DNA from: Tubiluchus corallicola
Taxonomy: Eukaryota > Animalia > Priapulida
Length of the DNA stretch: 64,000 nucleotides
NCBI GenBank assembly: GCA_030141605.1
Contig: JAQGDQ010000423.1
Span: 136,390-200,389 of the forward strand
Direction: 5' to 3'
Shown: positions 51,237-64,000 of the stretch, in pieces
Layout of the letters: every line of letters starts with the position of its first letter
Numbering within the stretch: position 1 is the first letter of the stretch
Made by a program: the position numbers and the translations under genes
Notes under the pieces: generated by a model
Databases searched by the model: none
Seen by the model: the letters and a program-made list of their open reading frames with translations, nothing else
Told to the model about the DNA's origin: nothing

Positions 51237-51530
51237 AAAGATATCCCATATTTGTTAAACATTTCTGTAAATATGGTGGTATTAGATTGTCATTTATGAA
51301 GAAGACAGGCGGAGGAAAGAGTTACAGTAAGAAGTAAAGATATCCCATATTTGCTAAACATTTCTGTAAATATGGTGGTATTAGATTGTCATTTATGAAG
51401 AATACAGGCGGAGGAAAGAGTTACAGTAAGAAGTAAAGATATCCCATATTTTCTAAACATTTCTGAAAATATGCTGGCATTAGATTGTCAATTATGAAGA
51501 ATACAGGCAGAGGAAAGAGTTACAATCTGG
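51237..51530. repeat. 99-bp tandem repeat x3
   Basis: AAAGATATCCCATATT at 51237, 51336 and 51435. Confidence 0.92.
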
Positions 51531-52353
51531 TAACTTCAACCGAAAGTCGCTTGAAAATCATTATTATCATAACTTTAAAAAATTTCAAATTTGGCAGTCT
51601 GCATACTGGAAGCACGAAAAACAAAGGCTTACGCTATTACCTTAACAATGAAAAAAAATGGCACACCTGCAAATGAGAACTGCTTACACTCATATCTCGT
51701 TTTGCTGGAAAAAAGTGGGGCGATGTCGGTTCAAATTTGCCGATTGTCCGTATTTAGCGATACTAAACTAATACAGTAGGTGGCATGTATTAGACTTACT
51801 GTAATTATTATTATTATTATGAGTTTATTTCATATAAAAATATACAGTTTACAAAGATGAAGATGTTAGTAAAACAGGTAATGCGATATTAGTAAAGTAA
51901 CATATCTACAGACATTCAACTTTATAATAACCACACATTGTAGTTCCCTTGTAATTATATTACATGATACAGTGTTGTAAGGAGCTATAATAGATATATT
52001 AAAACATAATCTTTAAATGAGTTCTTAACCTTTAATTTTACATTTTCGTTTAGATCTACAGTACAACCATATTTAAATCTTAAATTTACTTGACTGTAAT
52101 GTAGAATCAGTCATCTAATTGTCTCAAAGATTGCTCCTGTGCAAAACTGTATAAAAACTGTCGGCAATTGACTCCGCATGATTGACTCTATATTTTTTCT
52201 GCACATGCTTAGATAAATTACTTTTGTGCGAGCAATGAGCTTTTACAGTTATGTCATGTTATTTCGCTTTTGTGCACCAGAATATACATAGAAACAATCA
52301 TACTAAGTACAGTTTGACTGTAAACTAGGTTTATCGTGTGCCAATAATTATGC

Positions 52354-52568
52354 TGGTTTACTGTGTTATTACACTGATGTAATGATGTAAACAAAGTGAC
52401 GGCCTGCCACCTAGCGGTCAACACGCGAAACAACGGACTGGTTTACTGCGTTATTACACTGATGTAATGATGTAAACAAAGTGACGGCCTGCCACCTAGC
52501 GGTCAACACGCGAAACAACGGACTGGTTTACTGTGTTATTACACTGATGTAATGATGTAAACAAAGTG
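52354..52568. repeat. 85-bp tandem repeat x2.5 derived from family-E-related sequence
   Basis: TGGTTTACTG at 52354, 52439 and 52524. Confidence 0.9.
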
Positions 52569-53092
52569 CAGGAATGAGAATGACAAATTGCAAAAAACTC
52601 TGAAACAAGCCGTATGCAGTAACGAATTGCAATTTTGTGACCACAGAGAGCCTCTAAGTGGACTTAAAATATCAGTTACCTTGTTTCATGCATAATTTAA
52701 AATACCCAACTATCAAGGATACATGATACCTAATTGTCTCAAAAACGCCTAAGTACTGGCCGCTCCTATGCAAAAGTATATAAAAACTGTCTGCAATTGA
52801 CTCAAATAACTCCGCACAATTGATTCTATATTTTTATACATAGAGATATACAAGTGGTTACACTGATGTACGTGATGTAAACAAAGTGACGGCCTGCCAA
52901 CTAGCGGTCAACTCGCGAAACAACGGACTGTGTCCATAGCATACGGGACTTTTTAACGGTCCAAGTTTTGTCCCGTGCCTGTAAAAGCAAGTCCCAGGAA
53001 ACCGAGATATAAGAGTATATCGATTTAAAGTTAACAGAAATATTGTGTCGCAGTGCTCAACTAATTTAAGATTAAAGAAATGGAAGTGTTAC

Positions 53093-53180
53093 CTTGCTTA
53101 GAATAAAACATTAACAATCCTATGGCGACTCTATATAGTATTTTCGTTCCCTCACACAGGTAAACGTCAATAACTCGTAC
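53093..53180 (-). CDS. TBC1D24: TBC1D24/skywalker TBC-domain exon
   Basis: VRVIDVYLCEGTKILYRVAIGLLMFYSKQ (TBC C-terminal D..L.EG.K.LYRVA motif); 88 nt, phase 0-1. Confidence 0.93.
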
Positions 53181-53440
53181 CTGTACAAAACAAGTGATAA
53201 AAATTATTCATTCAACAATGTCTTTAATTTGGTAGATTTACAAACAGAATAAATAAATTAGAAATGAGTCAGTATAATAATATGCCTTTATTTAGTAACA
53301 ATGCATCATTCAATTCTGTTCGGTTCACGAACAAAGTGAAAACTCGCAAATAAGCAATGTTGCATAAAGGGGTAGGTTTATTATAAAATTAGTATAAATG
53401 ATAACTAGTGCTGCAACTTTTACTGAATACTGTGATTATA

Positions 53441-53790
53441 AGCCTTTTCACAGTTCCAGCGATTTGACCATGATCATGAAAAGGTCAAAGGTTAAGTGTA
53501 CCTGACAACACATTTGATTTCACTTGACAATGATGCGCAGTCCAAGCTATTGTAATAGTAAGAGTTTTAACAGCTAGCTAGAATCTTACCTAGTTCATTT
53601 TTCTTGTTCCCGAGCAAGATCCTGTTAGTAAATCACTTTGCGCAATGACTAATTGCGTACGTATGCAACAGCAGATGGCTTTGCTTTACACACGTCACAT
53701 GACGGTTTAGTTAAGAACACGTTGCTCTGGCATGCTTAACCTTTGACCTACAGTAACTGCACGTGCGCACAACGAAACTGTGTAAAGTCT
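53441..53790 (+). mobile_element. MITE family A copy
   Basis: TA-AGCCTTTTCACAGTT...AACTGTGTAAAGTCT-TA. Confidence 0.82.
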
Positions 53791-53957
53791 TATGGTGTCA
53801 GTAAGTAAAAAGTACAGTTAGTAAGTACTCTTGTACAAGCTAACCCAATATAGACAACAAACCATGTCTACATATTGGCGGTATAATTTGACTGACACCC
53901 CTTGCTTAAATAGTTATAATCAGAGTTTGAACGGAGTGAAGTTTGCTGTTGTCTAAA

Positions 53958-54066
53958 CACACGTCAGTTTTTAGACTGGCAGTTCATACGTCAGTTATTA
54001 GACTGGCAGTTCACACGTCAGTTTTTAGACTGGCAGTTCACACGTCAGTTTTCAGACTGGCAGTTT
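53958..54066. repeat. 27-bp tandem repeat x4
   Basis: CACACGTCAGTTTTTAGACTGGCAGTT. Confidence 0.9.
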
Positions 54067-54188
54067 TTGTTTGTCCATTTGAAAACCGATCGTGTAAACG
54101 GAACATTAGAGATTTGATTTTAATTTCTTATCACTTTTTTCTGAAAATTCTAACAAACTAAAAAAACCAAAAAACCATTTCATTTTAC

Positions 54189-54302
54189 CAGATATTCCAT
54201 GGGAAGATCTCTGTATATCCACAGTAACCAACCATCTAAGGCAGTACTTAATGTGTTGGTATTTCCCTTGCACACTTTAAGCAGATACTTGTAAGATGCA
54301 TT
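54189..54302 (-). CDS. TBC1D24: TBC1D24/skywalker TBC-domain exon
   Basis: NASYKYLLKVCKGNTNTLSTALDGWLLWIYRDLPMEYL; acceptor TTTTCCAG, donor GTAAA; 114 nt, phase 0-0. Confidence 0.88.
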
Positions 54303-55145
54303 CTGGAAAACACGTAAATAAATTATAAAAACACCAGATAGACAGGGGCGTATTAACAAATAGGTTAACTGGGATATACGCTAGGGTGCCAAAGGGCGTC
54401 ACATTTTAGAAATACGTCTTATTCTCCTTGGAAAATGCGGATACATTCATATTCATGTAAATATTCATATACATAGTCATATGTACATATTCATATTCAT
54501 TTTGTAACACACCACAGGCAGTTTCTAAGCACTGCTTCTAAGTACAACGTAACGAACAGGTGCAAGGTGTTAGAGTGGAATGTGGTGCCTTTTTAAAATA
54601 AAAAAGGAAATATTGGAAATGGTACAATAAGCCCTTTATTTGTGGGGTGCACAAAACATTTGATAAATAAGACTTTACATTATGCTCATTAAATAAATTT
54701 TTACAATAAATTCTTCACAGTCACAATTTCTTTCTAAACAAGTTATCACAACTACATTACATTTTATTAATTCTAATTACACATCAAATACTGACGTATA
54801 ATACTTATGCGTGTTATACTGTTTGTACAAATAGTATACGTTGCAGCTTCTACATGTGGCGTTTAATGTTACATTAATGACATTTGCATATAATCGCTAA
54901 TTACGATAAGATGAAAAGTAAAAGAAGAAATAGTGACATTTAGAATATTAAGACCCGTCTTCACTCTCGCTTTGTCTTCTTGTATGTAAATAATATCTGC
55001 ACTTGTTTTTTGTTGTTTATAGTGTTGTTCACCTTAATCACCTTAATAATACAAGTTCAGAAATTTGTTAAACCATCGATACGTATTTCATCTAGTTGAT
55101 TAATGAATTACTAATTAGTTTTGTTAATCACAGCAAACAACTTAC

Positions 55146-55252
55146 TGCAAGTTTCTTCAGCAAACTGATAAGCGTGAGCTTCGACGATTCGTAAGCTAAC
55201 TTGGTTTGTGTGATACGGCGGCCATGTTTCGCTTTGAGCAATGTTATCATAC
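55146..55252 (-). CDS. TBC1D24: TBC1D24/skywalker TBC-domain exon (most 5' exon found)
   Basis: MITLLKAKHGRRITQTKLAYESSKLTLISLLKKLA (cf. human LIDQSFLAFESSCMTF); acceptor TTTTTACAG, donor GTAAGT; phase 1-0. Confidence 0.87.
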
Positions 55253-55853
55253 CTGTAAAAACAAAAAATACCGTTCAAATAAAGCCAAAGATTTTACTAT
55301 TTTCACTATAAAATACAAGACGTGTCAATTACTGGAAAGTGCAAATATTTCGTGTAAATATAGCTGCTGCTGCTGCTACTACTACTACTACTACTGCTAT
55401 TTATGATTATTATTATTATTATTAATAATACTGCTGCTGCTACTGCTACTGCTACTACTACTACTAGTTCTTCATTGTTACATGCATTTCACTATTCGTT
55501 AGTTAGACGGGCATTAGTGCCTGCATTTCGCAGACTCATTGTACAAAAAACGGGTTCAGAGGGGCTCGTTTCTGACATACTGCACACGTTTGAACCAAGC
55601 AGTAAATTTGAATTATTATTTGAAAATTTGTATATCACACGGAATGTTGTACGGTATCACTGTACTTTAATTTTCGCTTTCAAAGACACGTACAACATGC
55701 ACAATGAATGTTTGTGCTGTTGAAAATTATGTTCAGTTGTGACGTCATCATTAGCTGAGCTCGCCCGCCCTTAATTAAGCTTTTAATCTATTTCTTTAAA
55801 GTTATCAGCAATTATTTTGCAGTCCTATAGGTGTTAAAATGTATATGTTTCAG

Positions 55854-56066
55854 GACCAGACGGTTTAGTCTAGTGGTAATGTGTCTGCTTTCCGTCTGGG
55901 AGGTCGTGAGTTCGAACCAGCGGCCGGGTCATACCAAAGACTTTAAAAAATGGTACCTGCTTTGCCCTGCCTGACGCGTGGTATTTAGGGTAAAAGTGGG
56001 GTAATAATAGTCTCTGTTATGTAGTTGTAGGTTGTTAATTGTTGACCCAAATGCCGACTTTAAGTA

Positions 56067-56134
<68 letters not shown>

Positions 56135-56150
56135 TACTATTATTATTTAT
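55854..56150 (+). mobile_element. tRNA-derived SINE (Meta-domain-like) with (TTA)n tail
   Basis: A box TAGTCTAGTGG, B box GAGTTCGAACC, core GGTCATACCAAAGACTTTAAAAAATGGTAC, then a microsatellite tail. Confidence 0.85.
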
Positions 56151-56424
56151 TGTACTATAAAATGGGACAGGATGTGAAAAAATCGTGCTGTTTTCCTTTA
56201 ACCATATTATTCGTTGACGTGTCAAATATGGCTTCACTATCACTTTCACGAGCAACCTCTCTTACACAAACACAAGCACGCTCTTTTTCCAACCTCATAT
56301 CATAAATTCTGTCCGATTACATCGGGTTTTGAATATCAGCTAAGCAAACACCTGAAAAACCTATTCATAGTGAAAGCAAACAGGCATGTCAGCACACGCT
56401 GCATGACACTGTGTGTGTAAACTA

Positions 56425-56816
56425 ACAGAGTAAACTAGCTTATTGTGTACAGGAAATCAGGTAGTAGCGTTTAATATGCATAATGGAACAAGACTGATTA
56501 GAATTTTAACAGTACTTAGGATTATACACAGAGTAAAGTAGCTTATTGTGTACAGGAAATCAGGTAGTAACGTTTAATATGCATAATGGAACAAGACTGA
56601 TTAGAATTATAACAGTACTTAGAATTATACACAGAGTAAAGTAGCTTATTGTGTACAGGAAATCAGCTAGTAACGTTTAATATGCATAATGGAACAAGAC
56701 TGATTAGAATTTTAACAGTACTTGGAATTATACACAGAGTAAAGTAGCTTATTGTGTACAGGAAATCAGCTAGTAACGTTTAATATGCATAATGGAACAA
56801 GACTGATTATATACAC
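56425..56816. repeat. 103-bp tandem repeat x~3.8
   Basis: ACAGAGTAAA at 56425, 56528 and onward. Confidence 0.93.
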
Positions 56817-57309
56817 AATATTTCCAGTGATCCATGGCATTCTTAATAGTAATTAAAATATAAAACAGAACCTTAAAACTGACTAAAATAAAACAGATAA
56901 GTCATGAAATACTTCGTTAAAATTAGATACGGACTGAAAGCAAAAGTTAGATAAAAGTTAATATAATTTTTAAGATGATTTTTCTGAAACCTACTTCAGG
57001 TACCTCTTTTCCTGTTCTTTAAGACTGATATCTTACCGCCACCACGTGACAGTAGCGTCATTTCAAAGTATTTATGCATTGTTTAAAGCCTCTAGCAATA
57101 AAGTGGGTTCATTGAACTATGTGGTCTACGACCTTCCAACATTTTACTGGCCACAGTAGTGAACTGAACTCACTGACACAGTTCACGCCCACGAGACGTT
57201 CATTCTGAATTTTTCAAGTGGTGAAATTAGTTAAAAGTTTAGACACTCACACACACAATGCACGTACAGAGGTGACAGTTACGTACAAAATATGTTACCA
57301 AATATGTCA

Positions 57310-57550
57310 GAACAGACGGCTTAGTCTAGTGGTAACGTGAACGTTTTCCGCCTGGAAGGTCGTGAGTTCGAGCGCCGAGTCATACCAAAGACTTTTTAAA
57401 TGGAACCTGCTGTTGTCCTGCCTAGCGCGTGGTATTTAGGGTAAACGTGGGATAACAATAGCTTCTGTTATGTAGTTGAATTCTCTGGAGCTCATGTTAA
57501 TTGTTCACCGCATTATCATCATCATCACCATCATCATCATTATTATTATA
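57310..57550 (+). mobile_element. Second copy of the tRNA-derived SINE, (ATC/ATT)n tail
   Basis: Colinear with 55854-56060. Confidence 0.85.
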
Positions 57551-57686
57551 TGAGAACCTAGCTATTCGGATCAAGTAAGTTATTGTAAATGGAAAGAGTT
57601 AGAAGTGAAAAAAGTTCGCACTGACAAACAAGTACAATAAGTTTATTACGAAACTAATCAACGGTATACAATGATCAAGAGGACAG

Positions 57687-57973
57687 CATTAGTTCTCAAA
57701 CTCCATACCACGACTTCTTCCCCTACAGGATTTACAAGCCTAACAAAAATGCCTTAACATTAGTTCTCTAACTCCATACGACGACTCCCCCTACAGGATT
57801 TAGAAGCCTAACAAAAATGACTTAACATTAGTTCTCTAACCCCATACGACGACTCCCCCTTCAGGATTTACAAGCCTAACATTACAAGCCTAACAAAAAT
57901 GACCTAACATTAGTTCTCTAATTCCATACGACGACTCCCCCCTACAGGATTTACAAGCCTAACAAAAATGACT
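57687..57973. repeat. ~70-bp tandem repeat x4
   Basis: CATTAGTTCTC...CCCCTACAGGATTTACAAGCCTAACAAAAATG. Confidence 0.9.
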
Positions 57974-58037
57974 TGCTTTTCTGACAAACTTTCAGAACAC
58001 AATACGCGATATTTAGTTCCAACTGAACAAATAACCG

Positions 58038-58174
58038 AGCACGACAAAGCACGTGTTTACAGCACGACAAAGCACGTGTTTACAGCACGACAAAGCACGT
58101 GTTTACAACGACAAAGCACGTGTTTACAGCACGACAAAGCACGTGTTTACAGCACGACAAAGCACGTGTTTACA
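58038..58174. repeat. 23-bp tandem repeat x6
   Basis: AGCACGACAAAGCACGTGTTTAC. Confidence 0.93.
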
Positions 58175-58308
58175 ATGTTAAAAAGATGACTGGACGTTTC
58201 TGCAACGTTAAGTAAAACCAGATCATAATTAATGTACTTAATTGATTTTACTAATATCTATATTTTACCATATACTACATCTAAGACTTCTTAGTCGATT
58301 TTGATATA

Positions 58309-60171
58309 CCAGATTAACAGCTGTACAATATACTACACCAAACTGATTCGGATACCAGACTAACAGCTGTACAATATACTACATCAGACTGATTTTGACA
58401 CCAGACTAACAGCTGTACAATATACTACATCAAACTAATTCTGATGCCAGACTAACAGCTGTACAATATACTACATCAAACTAATTCTGATGCCAGACTA
58501 ACAGCTGTACAATATACTACATCAAACTGATTTTGATGCCAGACTAACAGATGTACAATATACCACATCAAATTGATTCTCATGCCAGACTAACAGATGT
58601 ACAATATACCACATCAAACTAATTCTGATGCCAGACTAACAGCTGTACAATATACTACATCAAACTAATTCTGATGCCAGACTAACAGCTGTACAATATA
58701 CTACACCAAACTAATTCTGATGCCAGACTAACAGCTGTACAATATACCACATCAAACTAATTCTGATGCCAGACTAACAGCTGTACAATATACTACATCA
58801 AACTAATTCTGATGCCAGACTAACAGCTGTACAATATACTACATCAAACTAATTCTGATGCCAGACTAACAGCTGTACAATATACTACACCAAACTAATT
58901 CTGATGCCAGACTAACAGCTGTACAATATACTACATCAAACTAATTCTGATGCCAGACTAACAGCTGTACAATATACCACATCAAACTGATTCTGATGCC
59001 AGACTAACAGCTGTACAATATACTACACCAAACTAATTCTGATGCCAGACTAACAGCTGTACAATATACTACATCAAACTAATTCTGATGCCAGACTAAC
59101 AGCTGTACAATATACTACATCAAACTGATTTTGATGCCAGACTAACAGATGTATAATATACCACATCAAACTAATTCTGATGCCAGACTAACAGCTGTAC
59201 AATATACTACATCAAACTAATTCTGATGCCAGACTAACAGCTGTACAATATACTACATCAAACTGATTCTGATGCCAGACTAACAGCTGTACAATATACT
59301 ACATCAAACTGATTCTGATGCCAGACTAACAGCTGTACAATATACTACATCAAACTAATTCTGATGCCAGACTAACAGATGTATAATATACCACATCAAA
59401 CGAATTCTGATGCCAGACTAACAGCTGTACAATATACTACATCAAACTAATTCTGATGCCAGACTAACAGCTGTACAATATACCACATCAAACTAATTCT
59501 GATGCCAGACTAACAGCTGTACAATATACTACATCAAACTGATTCTGATGCCAGACTAACAGCTGTACAATATACTACATCAAACTGATTTTGATGCCAG
59601 ACTAACAGATGTATAATATACCACATCAAACTAATTCTGATGCCAGACTAACAGCTGTACAATATACTACATCAAACTGATTTTGATGTCAGACTAACAG
59701 CCGTACAATATACCACATCAAACTAATTCTGATGCCAGACTAACAGCTGTACAATATACTACATCAAACTAATTCTGATGCCAGACTAACAGCTGTACAA
59801 TATACTACATCAAACTGATTTTGATGTCAGACTAACAGCTGTACAATATACCACATCAAACTAATTCTGATGCCAGACTAACAGCTGTACAATATACTAC
59901 ATCAAACTGATTTTGATGTCAGACTAACAGCTGTACAATATACCACATCAAACTAATTCTGATGCCAGACTAACAGCTGTACAATATACTACATCAAACT
60001 AATTCTGATGCCAGACTAACAGCTGTACAATATACCACATCAAACTAATTCTGATGCCAGACTAACAGCTGTACAATATACTACATCAAACTGATTTTGA
60101 TGTCAGACTAACAGCTGTACAATATACCACATCAAACTAATTCTGATGCCAGACTAACAGCTGTACAATAT
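58309..60171. repeat. 46-bp minisatellite x~40
   Basis: CCAGACTAACAGCTGTACAATATACTACATCAAACTAATTCTGATG. Confidence 0.98.
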
Positions 60172-60656
60172 TGCTCATCAAAGTACTTAAATACTGCTGT
60201 GTCATCCACAAACACTCGTATAGAACAAACTGAAAACAAAGCTCATGATTTAACATACTCCTGCTGTATTTTCATAATCCCCAATGCCACAAACAGTCCT
60301 CAAATATTTATGCTTAAAGACTTGACTCCCTAGCCACCAGGCATGGTAAATAATCAATGGCTTCGCGTTCCGACGGGCTTATCTTGAGAAGATTTATGAG
60401 ATTTAGAGCATCTTGAGAGGTTGGTATTACTTGGAAAAATGCATTATTCAATCTATGCTGTAAGTCTGAGCCGTTACACATGAGAGCTCACGAAGACAAG
60501 TCTACTGTATCCTAATCATTAAACTTGTGCTCACTGGTCAATATTTTACTAAGCGGTTTTCAATCTTGACTACGTCACTTCTGCTGCCGTTCTGGAGATT
60601 TCAAACGGTCAATAATTACTTATTAGCTGCGCGTCAGTTGCAATTTTTGTCACCAC

Positions 60657-61337
60657 TTAAAGCACAAGAAAACCGTCCACATACATAAAGCTTAGAAAAT
60701 TCGTCTTGAAATTATGTGCCACTTACATGCTGCCTTTTTGCATTCAGGATTTGCGTCGGCAGTAACGCGGTATAAAACATGTACAACGTAAACTCCCGCG
60801 ATGACCGTTATACGCAGCCATTTTGAAGATAAGCCATTTGAAACAAATTTAGATAACACCGAGTAAAGTTTGTAAAAATAATCAGAGTATTCGTAGCACA
60901 TACGTCATTAACTAAGCCAAATTTTAAATTACTGTATCTTGTCAATAAAATTAAAAATGCTTTTTTCGGTTGGTGAGTGGCGCACCCTGGAGGTGAGTCA
61001 GCGACATTTAACCAATTGGTAAAAACATTTTAAATAATTAATAATTATTCTAGTTACATGCAAGCAGGTAAACGAAATGCTAAGTAATATAACTTTGCAT
61101 GGAAAGTTTTTTGGGACATAATTTAACATTTTTTTCTTCCCTGATTTACGTTGCTCGTATGTGACGTCATGTAATGGCGCCGTCGGAACACTACTGCGGA
61201 AGATTTAAAATGAAAACAAACAAAACATCCCTTCAACTCGAGTACGATATACTCATCAAATTGCTATAAAGTACACGGAATTCTTAAGGTGATTTTTCTA
61301 AAGTCCTACTTAAAGTATCCCTTTTCTTGTCCTTCAA
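60657..61337. mobile_element. TTAA-flanked (Kolobok-like) non-autonomous element family B, most complete copy
   Basis: TTAA-AGCACAAGAAAA...TTTTCTTGTCCT-TCAA; fragments at 5289-5741, 12382-12990 and ~56970-57022. Confidence 0.75.
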
Positions 61338-62064
61338 CATGTAACTGTGACTACTTCCATGTTCGACGACATTTTACCAATTGGTGAAAGCATTTGTGAA
61401 ACCTACTTCAGGTACCACTTTACCTGTACCTTCCCCTCGATCCTGGTAATCAATAAAGCTTGTATAGCAGCTACGAATCAAATGTGCAATGAATAAAATG
61501 AAAATGTGAATAAAAATCAATACAAGTAAAACTGCACAATGCAAAGATCCTATGAAATAATGTTCATCGAAGCATTTATGGTTAAATTTCATGAATGATT
61601 AAACTGTTGGAGGCCAACAAATTCAGCTTTTCGACTGACAAAACATTTAGAAGACAGGGAACTACCAAAATATGCACTTTATCAACGACATCAGGGACAT
61701 CAGGACCATATAAAAGTGTTTTCAGTATATATACATATATATAAGTTTTAAGAACTTCTAAAGCATGAGTATCACTTTGTTGAAGACAGCCACTAACATC
61801 ATAACTACGTAATTGCATTCAGTCTGATAAAAAGTATACATTTTAACACAATTAAGACTGCTAAAGCATTTCTGATAACTAAACGACAGACTAAAAACTT
61901 ATTTAACGGCGGGCGAGTCCAACTGTTGATGACATCACAAACTAACACAATCTCCAACAGCAAGAAGCATGTTTCTTTTCAATATTTTAAAGAGTAGATT
62001 GTTTTGACCTACAGCTTAAGATTGGGTCCGGTTTTTGTTTTAGGTTTATAAAGTAAAATAAATT

Positions 62065-62403
62065 TACTATTACCATTACCATTACCAACCATTACCATTG
62101 GTATTGCTATTACTATTACTGCTACTGCTACTATTGCTATTACTATTACTATTACTGCTACTATTGCTATTACTATTGCTATTACTATTACTATTACTAT
62201 TACTATTACTATTACTATTACTATTACTGCTACTATTACTATTACTATTACTATTACTATTACTATTACTATTACTGCTACTATTGCTATTACTATTGCT
62301 ATTGCTATTGCTATTACTATTACTATTACTATTACTATTACTATTACTATTACTATTACTATTACTATTACTATTACTATTACTATTACTATTACTATTA
62401 CTA
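62065..62403. repeat. (TATTAC/TACTGC)n microsatellite
   Basis: Direct reading; explains the poly-Leu ORF. Confidence 0.97.
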
Positions 62404-62553
62404 CATATATGTATATATACTACTACGAGAGGCCAACTGATACAGGTTAATCTTTTAACTTTAGCAGTGTAAGTTTTTATTAACTAACACTGATTGATCA
62501 TCTCTGCAAAGTTTTTATCAGTGATTATCAATGTATTTTAATGGCAAATAAAG

Positions 62554-62590
<37 letters not shown>

Positions 62591-62936
62591 GATATACTGT
62601 AACTATTGCGAAAAACACTCATTCGCACAACAATTAAAATTTAAAATGGAACATAATCCAAGCACTAAAATGGAAGGTTAAAGTTTACAAATCCTACACG
62701 GAAGAAATTAGTTCGTGAAGTGGATTAGGATTGGAGTTAGGATTAGGATTAAGGTTAGGGGTAGGTTGGATTAGGTTTATGTTGGGGTTCGGGTTAGCCT
62801 TTAACTTTTATTTTTCATTTAATCCTTTTTTATTACCACAAATTTACAACTTGGAGACATTATACACGGTTTACTGGGAGACTGGGACTGGGAGACCCGG
62901 GAAAAAGTCACAAACCGTACAGGCCACGAAGTAATA

Positions 62937-64000
62937 GCGTTAGTGTTGGGTTGAGGTTAGGGCTAGCGTTAGTGTTGGGTTGAGGTTAGGGCTAGCGTTA
63001 ATGTTGGGTTAAGGTTACGGCAAGCGTTAGTGTTGGGTTAAGGTTAGGGCTAGCGTTAGTGTTGAGTTGAGGTTAGGGCTAGCGTTAGTGTTGGGTTAAG
63101 GTTAGGGCTAGCGTTAGTGTTGGGTTGAGGTTAGGGCTAGCGTTAATGTTGGGTTAAGGTTAGGCAGCGTTAGTGTTGGGTTAAGGTTAGGGCTAGCGTT
63201 AGTGTTGAGTTGAGGTTAGGGCTAGCGTTAGTGTTGGGTTAAGGTTAGGGCTAGCGTTAGTGTTGGGTTGAGGTTAGGGCTAGCGTTAATGTTGGGTTAG
63301 GTTAGGCAGCGTTAGTGTTGGGTTAAGGTTAGGGCTAGCGTTAGTGTTGAGTTGAGGTTAGGGCTAGCGTTAGTGTTGGGTTAAGGTTAGGGCAAGCGTT
63401 AGTGTTGGGTTGAGGTTAGGAAGGTTAGGGCTAGCGTTAGTGTTGAGTTGAGGTTAGGGCTAGCGTTAGTGTTGGGTTAAGGTTAGGGCAAGCGTTAGTG
63501 TTGGGTTGAGGTTAGGGCTAGCGTTAATGTTGGGTTAAGGTTACGGCAAGCGTTAGTGTTGGGTTAAGGTTAGGGCTAGCGTTAGTGTTGAGTTGAGGTT
63601 AGGGCTAGCGTTAGTGTTGGGTTAAGGTTAGGGCAAGCGTTAGTGTTGGGTTGAGGTTAGGGCTAGCGTTAATGTTGGGTTAAGGTTACGGCAAGCGTTA
63701 GTGTTGGGTTAAGGTTAGGGCTAGCGTTAGTGTTGAGTTGAGGTTAGGGCTAGCGTTAGTGTTGGGTTAAGGTTAGGGCTAGCGTTAGTGTTGGGTTGAG
63801 GTTAGGGCTAGCGTTAGTGTTGGGTTAAGGTTAGGGCTAGCGTTAGTGTTGGGTTAAGGTTAGGGCTAGCGTTAGTGTTGGGTTAAGTTTAGGGCAAGCG
63901 TTAGTGTTGGGTTGAGGTTAGGGCTAGCGTTAGTGTTGGGTTGAGGTTAGGGCTAGAGTCAGTGTTGGGTTAAGGTTAGGGCTAGCGTTAGTGTTGGGTT
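62937..64000. repeat. 29-bp G-rich satellite containing TTAGGG (>=36 copies, runs off the window)
   Basis: Unit GCGTTAGTGTTGGGTT(A/G)AGGTTAGGGCTA. Confidence 0.97.

Noticed and set aside
55854-55930. tRNA gene
   Set aside because: A/B boxes are present but there is no intact cloverleaf; it is followed by a SINE core and tail and has a diverged second copy.
60250-61818. Short minus-strand ORFs as candidate upstream TBC exons
   Set aside because: No TBC-domain motifs, and no splice sites of compatible phase were found.
62098-62472. Poly-Leu ORF (also poly-Tyr/Asn ORFs at 55929-56305)
   Set aside because: Microsatellite translations.

Overview
AT-rich, repeat-dense eukaryotic DNA from an invertebrate animal (spliceosomal GT-AG introns, a minor-spliceosome gene and Meta-type SINEs). 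Three genes are recognisable. (1) The first coding exon of an FNDC3/miles-to-go-like gene on the - strand (18136-18694), whose next exon was not found in the window. (2) An intronless CDS for the U11/U12 snRNP 25 kDa protein SNRNP25 (+, 26468-26962), divergent from FNDC3. (3) The last eight exons of a TBC1D24/skywalker TBC+TLDc gene (- strand, 55252 to stop at 34213), all phases consistent, with 5' exons not found and presumably beyond the window. The rest is a patchwork of non-autonomous DNA transposons (hAT-like, pogo/Tigger-like, TTAA-flanked), a solo LTR, SINEs, LINE remnants and about 30 unrelated tandem arrays with 22-131 bp units. The most striking structures are: a >=4.5 kb-arm inverted duplication (1-4508 / 7722-12385) whose arms differ almost only inside their tandem arrays; minisatellites born from ordinary local DNA, including arrays that copy splice sites of the skywalker gene (a 9x115 bp array of exon end plus donor that yields phase-compatible mini-exons with synonymous variants, and a 5x33 bp acceptor array); an inverted intronic copy carrying 79 bp of identical unique flank around two exons; and a sense-oriented solo LTR with a heat-shock-element/TATA arrangement. 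All calls were read by eye with no database searches.
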